This document shows positions 22,746 through 35,147 of a stretch of DNA of 56,258 bases, one piece after another. Origin of the DNA: Octopus bimaculoides (lineage: Eukaryota); assembly GCF_001194135.2 (NCBI RefSeq), contig NC_069004.1, positions 10,918,104-10,974,361 of the forward strand. The letters are read 5' to 3'. The notes below the pieces were generated by a model. That model searched no databases. It saw only the letters and a list, made by a program, of their open reading frames with translations, and was not told the DNA's origin. The number at the start of each line of letters is the position of its first letter. Position 1 is the stretch's first letter. The translations under genes were made by a program, and so were the position numbers.

Positions 22746-25700
22746 TTTTATCAAATTGCGATAACACCGAATAAAAAATATATTCATACAGATGTTTCCT
22801 TTCTTGACCTGTGTATACATCTTTTTTTACGGATTCTGTATATTGTATATACACATTACACTTACATATATACAAAGATACACANNNNNNNNNNNNNNNN
22901 NNNNNNNNNNNNNNNNNNNNNNNNNNNNNNNNNNNNNNNNNNNNNNNNNNNNNNNNNNNNNNNNNNNNNNNNNNNNNNNNNNNNNNNNNNNNNNNNNNNN
23001 NNNNNNNNNNNNNNNNNNNNNNNNNNNNNNNNNNNNNNNNNNNNNNNNNNNNNNNNNNNNNNNNNNNNNNNNNNNNNNNNNNNNNNNNNNNNNNNNNNNN
23101 NNNNNNNNNNNNNNNNNNNNNNNNNNNNNNNNNNNNNNNNNNNNNNNNNNNNNNNNNNNNNNNNNNNNNNNNNNNNNNNNNNNNNNNNNNNNNNNNNNNN
23201 NNNNNNNNNNNNNNNNNNNNNNNNNNNNNNNNNNNNNNNNNNNNNNNNNNNNNNNNNNNNNNNNNNNNNNNNNNNNNNNNNNNNNNNNNNNNNNNNNNNN
23301 NNNNNNNNNNNNNNNNNNNNNNNNNNNNNNNNNNNNNNNNNNNNNNNNNNNNNNNNNNNNNNNNNNNNNNNNNNNNNNNNNNNNNNNNNNNNNNNNNNNN
23401 NNNNNNNNNNNNNNNNNNNNNNNTCTTATCAACATCACCTATTCCTATGGAAGGTATAATTTGTAATCTTCGAAACATATGTTGGAAATAAAAGTATTCA
23501 GTTAACATATGCGTTTTACTCCATTTACTAAATTTATATATATATATATATATATATATAGGTTTGATAAACTTTCGGTCCTCGAGTCACCTAGTAATTT
23601 CTGCCGATTAAAAATAATGTTTGTGTGTATGTTTGCATCATGCACACCGCCACCACCACCCCAGACATGCATATGTCTAAATCTCTACACCCGTGTGTCT
23701 GTTGGTGTGTGTGCATTATGTAGGTAAGTATCAGCGTTTTAAACGTGTGTAGTCATTGATACGAGAGCTTACTGTAACATTTGGCACGGATCCCACGTTC
23801 ACGATATCGCTTCCAACGAATGACCTTGGAAAACGTGTCAATGCTTTCAGTCTCTTTCCCCCACCCGCTTCTCTTTTGCTTCTCCATCTCTATTCTTTCC
23901 TGTCTGTGTCATTATGAATCATTACTTTAATCTGTTAAGCGATCGGTCTAGATCAGTAATGGAGGAACTATCGGAAGTTACAGGGTTTTATTTGATGCAA
24001 CAGACTTAGAAATATAATTGATCTAAAGTTAAAATATACCTAAGGACAATCCAATAACAGGATTATCAAAGAAATTCAAATTTTGACACGTCCGGCTACA
24101 AAAGTTCGCAGTCACTGGTCTAACAGTTTTGTGAGAGAAACTGTACAACCGTCACAGATGTGCGCAGTTGTCCGTTAATGTGGGTTTTACTAACCCGATA
24201 AAGAGATTAGTCTCGACTTCAGTAGGCAATCGACATGTGTCAGATAACATACCCAGATGATTTTATAGCGATATTTCACACGATTTATATACATATATTT
24301 ATTATTGAGAACAGTTTGGTGTAATTCCTACTAAATGTGTTGAGTGCCTTTTCTTTTGTTTGTGTACATTATATATATATATATATATNNNNNNNNNNNN
24401 NNNNNNNNNNNNNNNNNNNNNNNNNNNNNNNNNNNNNNNNNNATACATACATACATACATACATACATACATACACACATATATATATACGGAGAGGAAA
24501 GAGAATTAAGTGCACTGCAACAAATTCACGTAAAACTAGATGAACTGGAATTGAACTTGTTACTTTTTGGTTGGCGCTGATTACTGTACCCACAGCTACT
24601 CAGTATCCAAAACAATTGCAAAGAATATGGAGACTGGTACATCTTTGTATTTTTTCTTTTAATCTTATTTAAACAGTTAATTGTAGAGCATAATTGGTTT
24701 ATACGACCGACATGTGTCTGTTGCAATACTCTAATATAGAACTAAAGTGACGCAATTTATGATGCATCATAAAATAAATGACTAAATATACGTGTTAAAC
24801 TCTCAGGTTTTAAGCCTATGTATCTATGTACAGAATAATATGCACAAGCTGCATGCTTATAGCAGAAAGTATGTTTCTTGTCTGAATGTTGCAATCTCTG
24901 TTGCTCACCGTAATTATAACAAGAGACCGTCTACGTCGTCGCTAATAGCATAAAACAATATATGGAAAATATTGTGAATTCATTTCCTCCCTTTGATGTT
25001 ACTGAGATAGTAATCAGAACACGGTCGCGTCCGGGATAAAGTGAAATTTTAATTCTCATCTGAATATTTCTACGTGTATATTGCGTATGTATCCATGGAT
25101 GTATATCAAGTTATTTTAGCAAAACGTTGAGGTACGAAGGATCCTTCCTATGACCGTAACACATACATAAGTGTGTGTATATATGTATAATACGCAATAT
25201 ATTGTTTACAGTAACAAGAAAAGTTGCAGAAACATGAGATATCTGAAAATGGTACTCACTCGTTTGCCAATCCTACGCTTATTTCATAAACTGTTTTAAA
25301 ATTCTTTACATTTCCAAATTGCTTTTACAGCTGGACTGGAATATTTTCCTGCAAACAGAATAAAATCAATTCTTTTACTGTATGCTTTTAATTACATCAG
25401 AACACAATTATTTTTGTTTCCCCCCACCACCACCACCACATCTCGGTTTTATCAAATTGTTCTTTTAAGCGATGTTAATTGATATTTCTCAATGCAATAT
25501 CCGTAATTAAGTTTAAATTTATTTAAAATATTATTATTTTATTATTTTCAAGAGAGAAAGGATAATAATTCAATCAAATGTTTATAGCTGTATAAAAACA
25601 AAACAAAGGAAACTGTAGTTTTCTTTCCTGTCGCCATTTTCTTTCCTGTCGCCATTTTCTTTCAGAAGGTTTTCAAAGCAGACATGTTTGAAGAAAATTT

Positions 25701-25903
25701 TTTAAAATTATTTAAGTTGGTATTTGCCTAAGTTAACTGAAGTTGATTAATATTGACGTCTGCTTATTCCCGTGTTACCAATACACATGCACTCACATTC
25801 ATGTGTGTGCTGTATGTATGTATGTATATATGTATGTATATGTGTGTGTGTGACATTTGTAATTCCCTTTTTTTTGGTGAAACATTGCAAACTGCTGTTT
25901 ATA

Positions 25904-25958
<55 letters not shown>

Positions 25959-26314
25959 AACACACATACACACGTATGTGTGTGCTTTATATATATATAT
26001 ATATATATATATACATACACACAAACACATATACACACGTGTGTATGCTTCATATATATATACATACATATACAAACACATACACACGCGTGTGTGCTTT
26101 ATATATATATATATATGATTGGTAAACATTTGTGCTTTACAAAGGGGATAATTTTTTTTAGAGAAAGAGGGGGTGAGACAGAGGTAATATATAATCCAAT
26201 CTGTGTGTATACTTCATTAGAATCTAAAGCTTTCTCACTTGTAAATCTGACTTTCCTCTCCGATCCTATTGTTGGACCACTTTACATAAAAGTGGTGTGT
26301 ATGTGTGTGCGTTA

Positions 26315-27125
26315 GTATCTGGCGAATTTTCTCCCGTTCATGGTTGAGACAAGAGGAACTCAACCAGACAAGTTGACGATGAAATCGATCCAGTGAAACA
26401 CGTTCGGCCATTCGTGTCCTTTATTTGGCCATCCGTGTTCTACAACTGTCCTCTACAAATTATGTAGAACTAAATAAACAAGTACTATTCTATATTTTTG
26501 AGGAGAGGAATTATGTACATTATTTACAATGGACAGATGGGTGTCCTCACCTTGTTTGTTGTTACCACAACGCTTCGGCTGATGTACTCTCCAGCCTTCA
26601 TCAGGTGTTCTGGTGGAATTTCGAACCCAACCCTTTATTTGACTAATGGAGTACACTGTTCTCAATTCCTAAGTTATGTTGCAGATGTTATTTTTCTATT
26701 GATATTATTTTTCAAGTGCCTGCGAATCCGAGGGTCAGTAGCCCGCGCTTTTATCCACTACGCTATATGCCCGTGGGCAATTCTAGAGTAAATTTTAGGG
26801 CTTATAAACCTAGTATTCTATCTTAATACTGGTTCCCATATTACATTTATATCTGCACTTGGAGGTTATTGTGTCCTAGCCTATGTGCAACTACTTTTAA
26901 TTTTTCTATTATCCAGTGGTGTTCTCTGTCGATTATTTTAACTTCATCCCACAGCGGGAGGTGGTCTCTCTTTTTCTATCCATGATTGGCTATACCCGAT
27001 TTTTGCACCCGTAGAAGGGAATATGACCAAAAACTGCGTGTGCTCTATCCCATGCAGTTGTGGCAGGCTATACAAAGGCGAAACATGCCACCTCGTTAAA
27101 GTAAAGGTAGAGGAACATCGTAAAG
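26315..27125 (-). mobile_element. Penelope-like element, 5'-inverted and truncated, with tRNA-like head and hammerhead in its terminal repeat
   Basis: Plus strand 27006-27125 reads NMTKNCVCSIPCSCGRLYKGETCHLVKVKVEEHRK (GIY-YIG N-half). Minus strand 26996 to about 26800 reads GIANH...HLPLWDEVKIIDREHHWIIEKLK (C-half). These are followed on the minus strand by a tRNA A box (26755-26765), a hammerhead (26564-26609) and a short ATG-started stub MNGRKFARY (26341-26315). Confidence 0.85.
26564..26609 (-). ncRNA. Hammerhead ribozyme motif, probably inactivated
   Basis: AACAC-CUGAUGA-A-GGCUG(GAGAGUACAU)CAGCC-GAAG-CGUU-GUGG. The GAAA of the core is changed to GAAG. Confidence 0.6.
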
Positions 27126-27129
27126 GACA

Positions 27130-27480
27130 TCAGGTACTGGATTTTTCAACATCCTGTCGGAGCTCGTTTGAATTGTCAAAGGACAAGCAATTCACACCAA
27201 CACCACCACCACCAAGAGAAAAGCACCACCACTGCTTCTTTATCAAGAGAACCAGCTGCACAACTGTCCTTCCACAGTATTTTCGCTTTCCCATCATTAA
27301 CATAACAGCCGTTACAAATATTACAACCACTGTGGCAACACTCGCAAACATTTGGACCACTAACATCACCATTAATGCCACCACCATTACCACCACCTCT
27401 ACAAGTATCATCAGCACCACCAACGCCACAAGTAACACTATTCCCACCGCTACTGCCACTTTTATTGCTTCTTATTAATG
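27130..27480. repeat. CAC/ACC/ACT triplet low-complexity tract (similar tracts at 43240-43400, 44260-44530, 48340-48800, 49075-49260, 53610-53890)
   Basis: Degenerate trinucleotide repeats are directly visible. Confidence 0.85.
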
Positions 27481-27993
27481 TTCTAGTCATCATTTTATAT
27501 CTGGATATTACTCTAAGTCTCTACAATTTCCCCTTCTTTTTCTTTTTTACATAAAACTCTGATAATAACCACAACAATCATAACATCAGCAACAATACAT
27601 ATATTTTATGAGCGATATTGTTCTGTCCAACTAAACTGCGGATCACTGAAGCCGTATTATATACTAAGTCAATAAACGATGTTAGCGATAAAGAAAACAG
27701 CAATCGACATTAAGTATTTTTGGCTTCAACTAAACGAGCTAAGGACGGCTCTAGCAACAATAATTAATTATTTAAATGTATGAAAGGCATATCATTTCAA
27801 ATCTCCATTCATCAAAATAATAATGCTTGGCATAGACATTTCATATTGGAAAAAAAAGATTTATAAACGTTTCATATTCACAGTGAATGAGAACGATACA
27901 GTGTCATCGGTACGAAAGTGAATCTCTCGGGGAGAGATATGTAAAAGAGAATATGAAGATAAATAAATATTCGTGTGTGTGTGTGTGTGTGTG

Positions 27994-28172
27994 TTTTAAC
28001 TTGTTTCAGTCATTGTTCTACAGTCACCTTGAAAGATTTTATCCGAGCAAATTAACTCCACTGCTTAGTTTGGTGTTTATTCTATCGATTTCTTCCGCTG
28101 AAATGCTAAATTTCAGGGATGTAAACAAACCAACACGGGATGTTAAGCGGTGTTGGTAGAGATACAAACATA
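27994..28172 (-). mobile_element. SINE family B, 3' half
   Basis: TTTTAACTTGTTTCAGTCATT...GGGATGTAAACAAACCAACAC is the reverse complement of the family B tail. Confidence 0.75.
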
Positions 28173-28176
28173 GGTG

Positions 28177-28228
<52 letters not shown>

Positions 28229-28553
28229 AATTGAAAAAATTAGAGTCAACAAGGAGTACAATTGGACATATATTTTCCAATCACTACAATTGTTTCTACG
28301 CAACGTAGTTCACCACTCATACACAACGTTGAATAAAGCTTATAAAAATACCTACATGCATACATATATTTTAACTGCTTAGTCTTAGTGTGGAAGAAGA
28401 GACAAAGCCCATGATGCCTGTGGGCTCTCCAAAATCCACGAGGTTGATGTCATTAAGGTTCAATTTAAAACAGAGTCTCCCAGTTTAATTTCCTTTAGGT
28501 CCCACTATAACTTTCCAGAAAAATGCATGTTCCACCCATGGTTGAAAGAAAAC

Positions 28554-28958
28554 TGGCTGTGTGGTAAGTAGGTTGCTTACCAACCACATGGTTCCGGGTT
28601 CAGTCCCACTGCGTGGCACCTTGGGCAAGTGTCTTCTACTATAGCATCGGGCCAACCAATGCCTTGTGAGTGGATTTGGTAGACGGAAACTGAAAGAAGC
28701 CCGTCGTATATATGTATATGTATATATATGTATGTGTGTGTATATGTTTGTGTGTCTGCGTTTGTCCCCCCAACATCGCTTGACAACCGATGCTGGTGTG
28801 TTTACGTCCCCGTAACTTAGCGGTTCGGCAAAAGAGACCGATAGGATAAGTACTAGGTTTACAAAGAATAAGTCCTGGGGTCGATTTGCTCGACTAAAGG
28901 CGGTGCCCCAGCATGGCCGCAGTCAAATGACTGAAACATGAAAAAAAAAAAAAAAAAG
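28554..28958 (+). mobile_element. SINE family B, full length, young
   Basis: TGGCTGTGTGGTAAG head, GGGTTCAGTCCC B box, CORE-like CCTTGGGCAAGTGTCTT, internal (TA/TG)n, tail ATGACTGAAAC and an A-rich end. Confidence 0.95.
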
Positions 28959-29084
28959 AGAATGATTTAATACAAAGAATCTATCTACCGGTAACTCCTT
29001 TTGTTAAGTACCGAGTACATGAGAGTACATTACTGACTAAGAAAAAAAGATATCTCACTAAAAAATTAATAGTCTTGAATCCCA

Positions 29085-29146
29085 GCCCCACCACAATTTT
29101 CGCAGGCTCCACCGGTGGGGTGTATGGCCCACGTTGGGCATCACTG
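29085..29146. mobile_element. hAT-like MITE terminal fragment
   Basis: Ends in GTTGGGCATCACTG, the reverse complement of CAGTGATGCCCAAC, a typical hAT/Charlie-style TIR. No partner end was found. Confidence 0.35.
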
Positions 29147-29243
29147 CTCTTAAGTGTTTAAGTCAAAAACAAATACATCTATAGTCGCATATATAGACAC
29201 AACTATAGACATACATACATTACGTATACATGTGTGTGTGTGT

Positions 29244-29284
<41 letters not shown>

Positions 29285-30279
29285 AAAGTAGCGCTAAGTA
29301 GAAGCCAACCTTTATGGCTGACAACAGGACCAAACACGACAACACGAAAAACAAAAAGCAGAAAGTTAACAATCACAACAGCAATAACTGAACGAAGGTA
29401 CTAAAAACAACCAGTTATAATGTAAACCATTAGTAAACAGTAGACTGTATTCAATAATAATAGCAACGCACTAAAAATAACTGAGTCGCCGTCAATAGGA
29501 AGAATTACACAGGCAAATCTATTAATAAACATCTCCACTGTATCAAAGAAGCCTGTATTTTGTGCTGGGGTAAAAAAATAAATAAAAAAGACACGACAAC
29601 GCTGTTGAAGGTGAGGAAAAGCAAATATCATTTGATGACAGATTTCTTAATATGCAAATTGTGTGAGGGAGGTCTATTTATGTGTACGTGTGTATATAAA
29701 GCCTCACGCGTGCGTGCGTGCGTAATTCTTTTCCAAAATAAACTGCGCTTCATATTCGAGGCTTCTAAGAGGTTATAAGGTGTTACCTCAAGCACTTAAT
29801 CATTAGTCCACTGCATCTTATAGCAGAAACAGCTGTAAGGTAATGAAGTTCATAAGATAATCGTCTAAGAGGTTCGCTTCACCAACTCGTGATTCCGGCC
29901 TTGCTTCTGCAAATCCATATCGCGAATTGTTTCGTCAGCCAGCTTCGATAAACAAGACACTAATCATTACAAAATATTATAGCGTAAGCACAAGGGGGTA
30001 TTTTTGGTTATTTTCTCTATATATTCTGCAATGAAATTATTTTTACACTTTTAAAATAATACTGAGATATTTCAATACTTGCAAAGTATTATGTTACAAA
30101 TAATAAACCAAACATAAACGTTACAGAATTATGTACTAACTCAAATATTAATCGATCACATTGGCTCCAGTACTTATTTTATTCTTGTATTTATTTTACC
30201 GATTCTTTTTGTCGAACATTATTATTATTATTATAACAGCATTTGTATTTATGTGGTGTGAAGCTAAACAGAGACGCAA

Positions 30280-30442
30280 ACACACATACGACTGACTTCC
30301 GCAGTTTCTCTCAACCCAATTTCACTCATGTTGTGTTGGGTATCTCAAGTCGTTAGTAAAAGACGTGTTCAACACGCTTCGCAGTGAGACTGAACTAGAA
30401 ACCGTTTCGTTCTAAAGCAAACGTCTTAACCACACAGCCACG
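30280..30442 (-). mobile_element. Degenerate SINE family B, 5' half
   Basis: CTTAACCACACAGCCACG head and GCAGTGAGACTGAAC B-box region. Confidence 0.6.
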
Positions 30443-31599
30443 AATGAGTATGTATGTATGTATATACTTATGCACATTGATACATACAATTACATCCTCA
30501 AGTATACTCATATACGTATGCATGCGCACACAAAGGAAGTAGTTGTCGAAGCTGCTTCATTTAGGACGGATTTTCTTAGAGATTATCAATATGGTGAATG
30601 AATAAAGAGAGAGGAATGGATTAAACGTGGGTAATGATTGACAGAACAGTGTCACAATGTGTGTGTCTGTGTGTACGGGGTGTCTTTGTAAGAATAAGAA
30701 AAACTGTTTAATTAGTGATTTAATTGGTTCAATTCACAGGCTTGGAATTGTTCCATAAGCAATCGTTAGTTTAGTGGCGGTTCTTTTCTTTTAGGTTTGC
30801 ATTGTTGGTGATCAATTAAATAGAGCTCTTGATAATGCTCTTCTAATTGTTAATATCTCTTTATTGTTGTTGCTGTTGTTGTTAGTAGTAGTAATTAGTT
30901 GTAGGGCGGTGGATTTTTCAATTTCTTTCGTTCCTTTTGTCACACGTTCTTACGTCAATAGTAATTCAGCCAATCATGAGATTTTTTTGCACAAGCATGC
31001 ACACAAAGAAATAAACAGTGTGTGTGTGTGTGTGTGTGCGCGCGTTATGACTACTTCGCCATAACGATTCTTATTACTAGTTATCAAAGCGCAATAAACT
31101 TATATTCTACTATAAACAGTAGAAGGTCAAAACAGCATAATACCAATAAACGAGTGTGTGTGTGTGTGTAATATTAAGGGCGCTGCTATAAATAACTGAA
31201 TCGAATATATTGAATTTTTTTTTAAAATAACACTGCATCGAATAACGGTCGAAGGCAGCTTGCGAAACGAACCCACGAATTCTGTTCCCCGTCAGTTCCA
31301 CAAGTCTTTGCTGTTCAGAACAACAATCACATGAACTCTAAAGACCAAAGATAAAATCTAATACTTGCAACGAAAATAATTTACACGTGGCATCTTGTTT
31401 CACAAGAAGGTCATCCTTTAATTTCTATCTTTTCTAAATTTGTTACTTTTTATCTGAATTTTATCAAATTTTTTGTAGATATTTTCTTTTTAAATTTTAC
31501 ATTTTATCAGTTCTATTTTTAACCGAGCTCTTATTACCATTTATGAAGTATATTTCAACCTTTGTTACTGAACAATCAACAACAGATCATATATATAAA

Positions 31600-32078
31600 C
31601 ACAGACATGATAGAAGTAAATTGACACCCTATAAAACATTGTTTTATGTGTATTTTTAACTTGAAAAGGTATATATACTTTTCATTATTTTACATTTTTA
31701 TTTTTCAGATTTTATACGTGACTGTTTAATCATGCCACGTAGAATAGAAGCCTTAGAAGTGTCCGAATTTCAAAGTAAATGTATTGTGGGTCAATCTGAA
31801 GGTGGACTTAGCGTAAAATCGCAGAAAACCTTGGGATCCCACATTCTCCAGTTAATAGAGCGATTATGCAATTCACCAGAGCGGGTAAAGAGTTCACATC
31901 ACTTCTGCCCTCTGACAGAACCCTTTGCTATGTTAAGACAAGTGTGGAGGATCATCTTTATTCCATAGCAGAACAAGTTGATTTCAGTCCCAGAACAGCT
32001 GTCAGGTATCTCCACAAACTTGGCTATATTGACAGAGCAGCAAGAAGCAAGCCACCTCTTCGACTAGCCAATATCAAG
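31600..32078 (+). mobile_element. Tc1-family transposon, left end plus N-terminal transposase pseudogene
   Basis: TIR-like CACAGACATGATAGAAGTAAATTGACACC at 31600. From ATG 31732: MPRR..LEVSEFQSKCIVGQSEGGLS / RKIAENLGIPHSPVNRAIMQFTRAGKE...SDRTL...SPRTAVRYLHKLGY..RAARSKPPLRLANIK (paired-like and homeo-like HTH region). Truncated by a SINE. Confidence 0.85.
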
Positions 32079-32079
32079 C

Positions 32080-32395
32080 CTGATACTTATTCTACCGGTC
32101 TCTTTTGCCGAGCCGCTAAGTTACGGAGACGTAAACTCACCAACACCCGTTGCCAAGCGGTACCGTGGGTGGGGAACAAACACAGAGACAGACACACACA
32201 CACACACATAGACACGCACATATTTATATATACGACGGGCTGCTGTCAGTTCCCGTCTACCAAATCCACTTACAAGGCTTCGGTCGGTGCGAGGCTATTG
32301 TAGAACGCATTTACCAAATGTGCCACGCTGTGAGACTGAACCCGAAAGCGTAGAGTTGGGAAGCAAGTTTCTTACCACACAGCCACATCTGCACC
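32080..32395 (-). mobile_element. SINE family B
   Basis: Reverse complement of the 28554 copy, including the internal microsatellite. Confidence 0.88.
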
Positions 32396-32408
32396 GATAT
32401 ATATGTAT

Positions 32409-32711
32409 GAAGGCGCGTGGCTTAGTGGTTAGGGTATTTCTGATCGTACGATTTCCGATCGTACGCTCAATTCCAAGCGGCGTATTGAGTCTTTGAATAA
32501 GGCGCTTTATTTCACGTTACGCTAGTCCTTTTCACTGGCAAAAATGACGTGTAGCTGTATTTCAAAGGGCCAAACTTGTTACATTGTGTGTCACGCTGAA
32601 TCTCCGTGAGAACTGCGTTAAGGGCCTGCGTGTCTGCTGTGATTTCACAGGCAGGCTCTTCCGTTGATCGGATCGACTGGAACACTCGTCGTCGTAACCG
32701 ATAGAGTGCCA
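32409..32711 (+). mobile_element. SINE family D (CORE-like middle plus family A tail)
   Basis: GGCGCGTGGCTTAGTGGTTAGGG head and TTTATTTCACGTT, then the TGTATTTCAAAGGGCC...GTCGTAACCGATAGAGTGCC tail shared with family A. Confidence 0.85.
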
Positions 32712-32712
32712 G

Positions 32713-32757
<45 letters not shown>

Positions 32758-33081
32758 GTATGTACGAAATTATCTAAAAAAGGCGCCTCTCACCAATTCT
32801 ACACNNNNNNNNNNNNNNNNNNNNNNNNNNNNNNNNNNNNNNNNNNNNNNNNNNNNNNNNNNNNNNNNNNNNNNNNNNNNNNNNNNNNNNNNNNNNNNNN
32901 NNNNNNNNNNNNNNNNNNNNNNNNNNNNNNNNNNNNNNNNNNNNNNNNNNNNNNNNNNNNNNNNNNNNNNNNNNNNNNNNNNNNNNNNNNNNNNNNNNNN
33001 NNNNNNNNNNNNNNNNNNNNNNNNNNNNNNNNNNNNNNNNNNNNNNNNNNNNNNNNNNNNNNNNNNNNNNNNNNNNNNNNN

Positions 33082-33113
<32 letters not shown>

Positions 33114-33517
33114 ACACAATTTTTCTGAACCTTCAGATTTTTCAATATGCTAGGCCACTGGTTTTGAATTGATATTAATCAAATCAATATTCAATTTTTC
33201 ACCCTTATTATTTAAATTTATATATATATATATATATGTATAAAAGATGGATTCTGTCTGTTTGTCCCACAAAGTGAACCTAAAACCAGACTCCTCTCTA
33301 TGATTTTCTTTGGGTATCTCCTCTATTCTCTCTCACCCTTTATATTCTCTGTCTGTCTGATTGTCTGTCTCTTTGCCATGCTACTTCAAAGAGATTCTGT
33401 CTCTGATTGTCCCACAAAGTAGAACTAAAACCAGACAATCTCTCTGATTTTCTTTCTTCTCTATCTGTCTATTTCCCTCTTTCTCTCTCTTTCCCTCACT
33501 AAAAGAACACACACATC

Positions 33518-34190
33518 TTTCCTAATCTTCATAATTACAACAATACAGATTGGATCTATGAGCGAGCTATCCTGGCTTCAAAATATGTTGCAGTACATAG
33601 CATTAATAATATGTTATTGAATAAGCTTCCAGGAGAAATATTCACTTATAACTCAATTGACAGTGTTGTTGATGATCAGGATAGTGTTAACTACCCCCAT
33701 CGAATTTTTGAACTCACTGGAACCACCAGGAACAGCTCCTCGTGGAAAAAGGGACTCCTATTAAGCTATTGCGCAATTTGTCTCCACCAAAATTATGCAA
33801 TGGAACAAGATTAATTGTGTACAATCTTCTGAAGAACTGTATTGAGGCAAATATTCTCACTGGTTGTGGTAAAGGTGACACCGTCTTCATTCCTTGCATA
33901 CCAGTTGTACTATTTAATGTCTCATTCCAATTTAAACGGTTACAGTTTCCTATCCGAGTTTTTTTCTTTTAATTTAAAAAATTTTTTTTTTTTTTTAATT
34001 GCCATGAACATTAATAAAAGTCAGAGCCAATCACTAAAAGTTACTGGACTGCAACTTCAAGAACAATGCTTTTCACATGGTCACCTTTACGTCGGTGCAT
34101 CGCGTGTGGGAGCAAATGCAAATCTTTTTGCTTATGCACACCGAAATAAAACAACAACAAAAACATTGTTTATAAAGAAATATTCACTCT
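33518..34190 (+). mobile_element. Helitron RepHel C-terminal PIF1-type helicase pseudogene
   Basis: FPNLHNYNNTDWIYERAILA...YNSIDSV...NYP / IEFLNSLEPPG / KGTPIKLLRNLSPPKLCNGTRLIV...QFKRLQFPIRV / AMNINKSQSQSL...FSHGHLYVGASRV...KNIVYKEI are canonical PIF1/Helitron motifs, with frameshifts. Confidence 0.92.
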
Positions 34191-34437
34191 TAATGCAACA
34201 TGAATACTTCAATAACTTAATTTCCCATTACTATCATTACATACAAGAATGACGAAATTACCTATTTCAACGAACTGTATTATATAATTGCCATTACTGT
34301 ATTGATAAATATAATAGAAAAATAAAATTCACTACTGTCATATAATAAACAAACAGAAGTTCATGTATGGAGTTCATCTCCTTTCTACTTCATTTATTAT
34401 ACGAAATCGACGCTTTCAAGAGATTAATCAGCTGAAC

Positions 34438-34775
34438 TATTTGCAAAGTAGCTTTTGAAACTCGGTGAACGGAGAGTTCCAATTGATGAAGAATAGTTTC
34501 TTACACTCAATGCAAATATATAATTCAACTGATTCCGTCGATGATTTGATTATGAAACCTTTCCTAATCTTCTTCATAATTACAACAATACAGATTACAT
34601 CGCTGACAGAGCTGTCCTGGCTCCAAATATGTTCCTTTACATACCATTAATAACATGCTATTGAATAAGTCTTCACTTATAACTCAATTGACGGTGTTGT
34701 TGATGATCGGGATAATGTCAACTACCCCATCGAATTCTTTCACTCACTACAACCACCAGGGGATGAGTAGCTAGT
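34438..34775 (+). mobile_element. Second Helitron helicase fragment ending in a CTAG-T terminus-like sequence
   Basis: FAK*LLKLGE...FPNLLHNYNNTDYIADRAVLAP...[14 protein letters not shown] is followed directly by GATGAGTAGCTAGT. Confidence 0.8.
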
Positions 34776-34879
34776 GGAGTACCCCTCGTTGCCTAATTAT
34801 TGCTTCCGAGGATCTGCTAACTAGGAATCATATGTAGCCTGGATTTTACCTGCTCCAATCCCTCAATTTGGATATATAA

Positions 34880-35025
34880 CAGGCTTCCACACAATTTTTG
34901 TCTATCAAATTCGCTTACAAGGCATTTGTCAACTCGAAAGATATAGTAGAAGACACTTGCCCAAAATACTGCGCACTGGAGCTGATCCTTGAACTATTTA
35001 GTTCCAAAATGAACTTGCTGACCAC
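34880..35025 (-). mobile_element. Degenerate SINE family B, 5' half
   Basis: TTTGTCTATCAAATTCGCTTACAAGGC...ATAGTAGAAGACACTTGCCCAA. Confidence 0.7.
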
Positions 35026-35044
35026 CTCTCTCTCTCGCTCTCTG

Positions 35045-35147
<103 letters not shown>

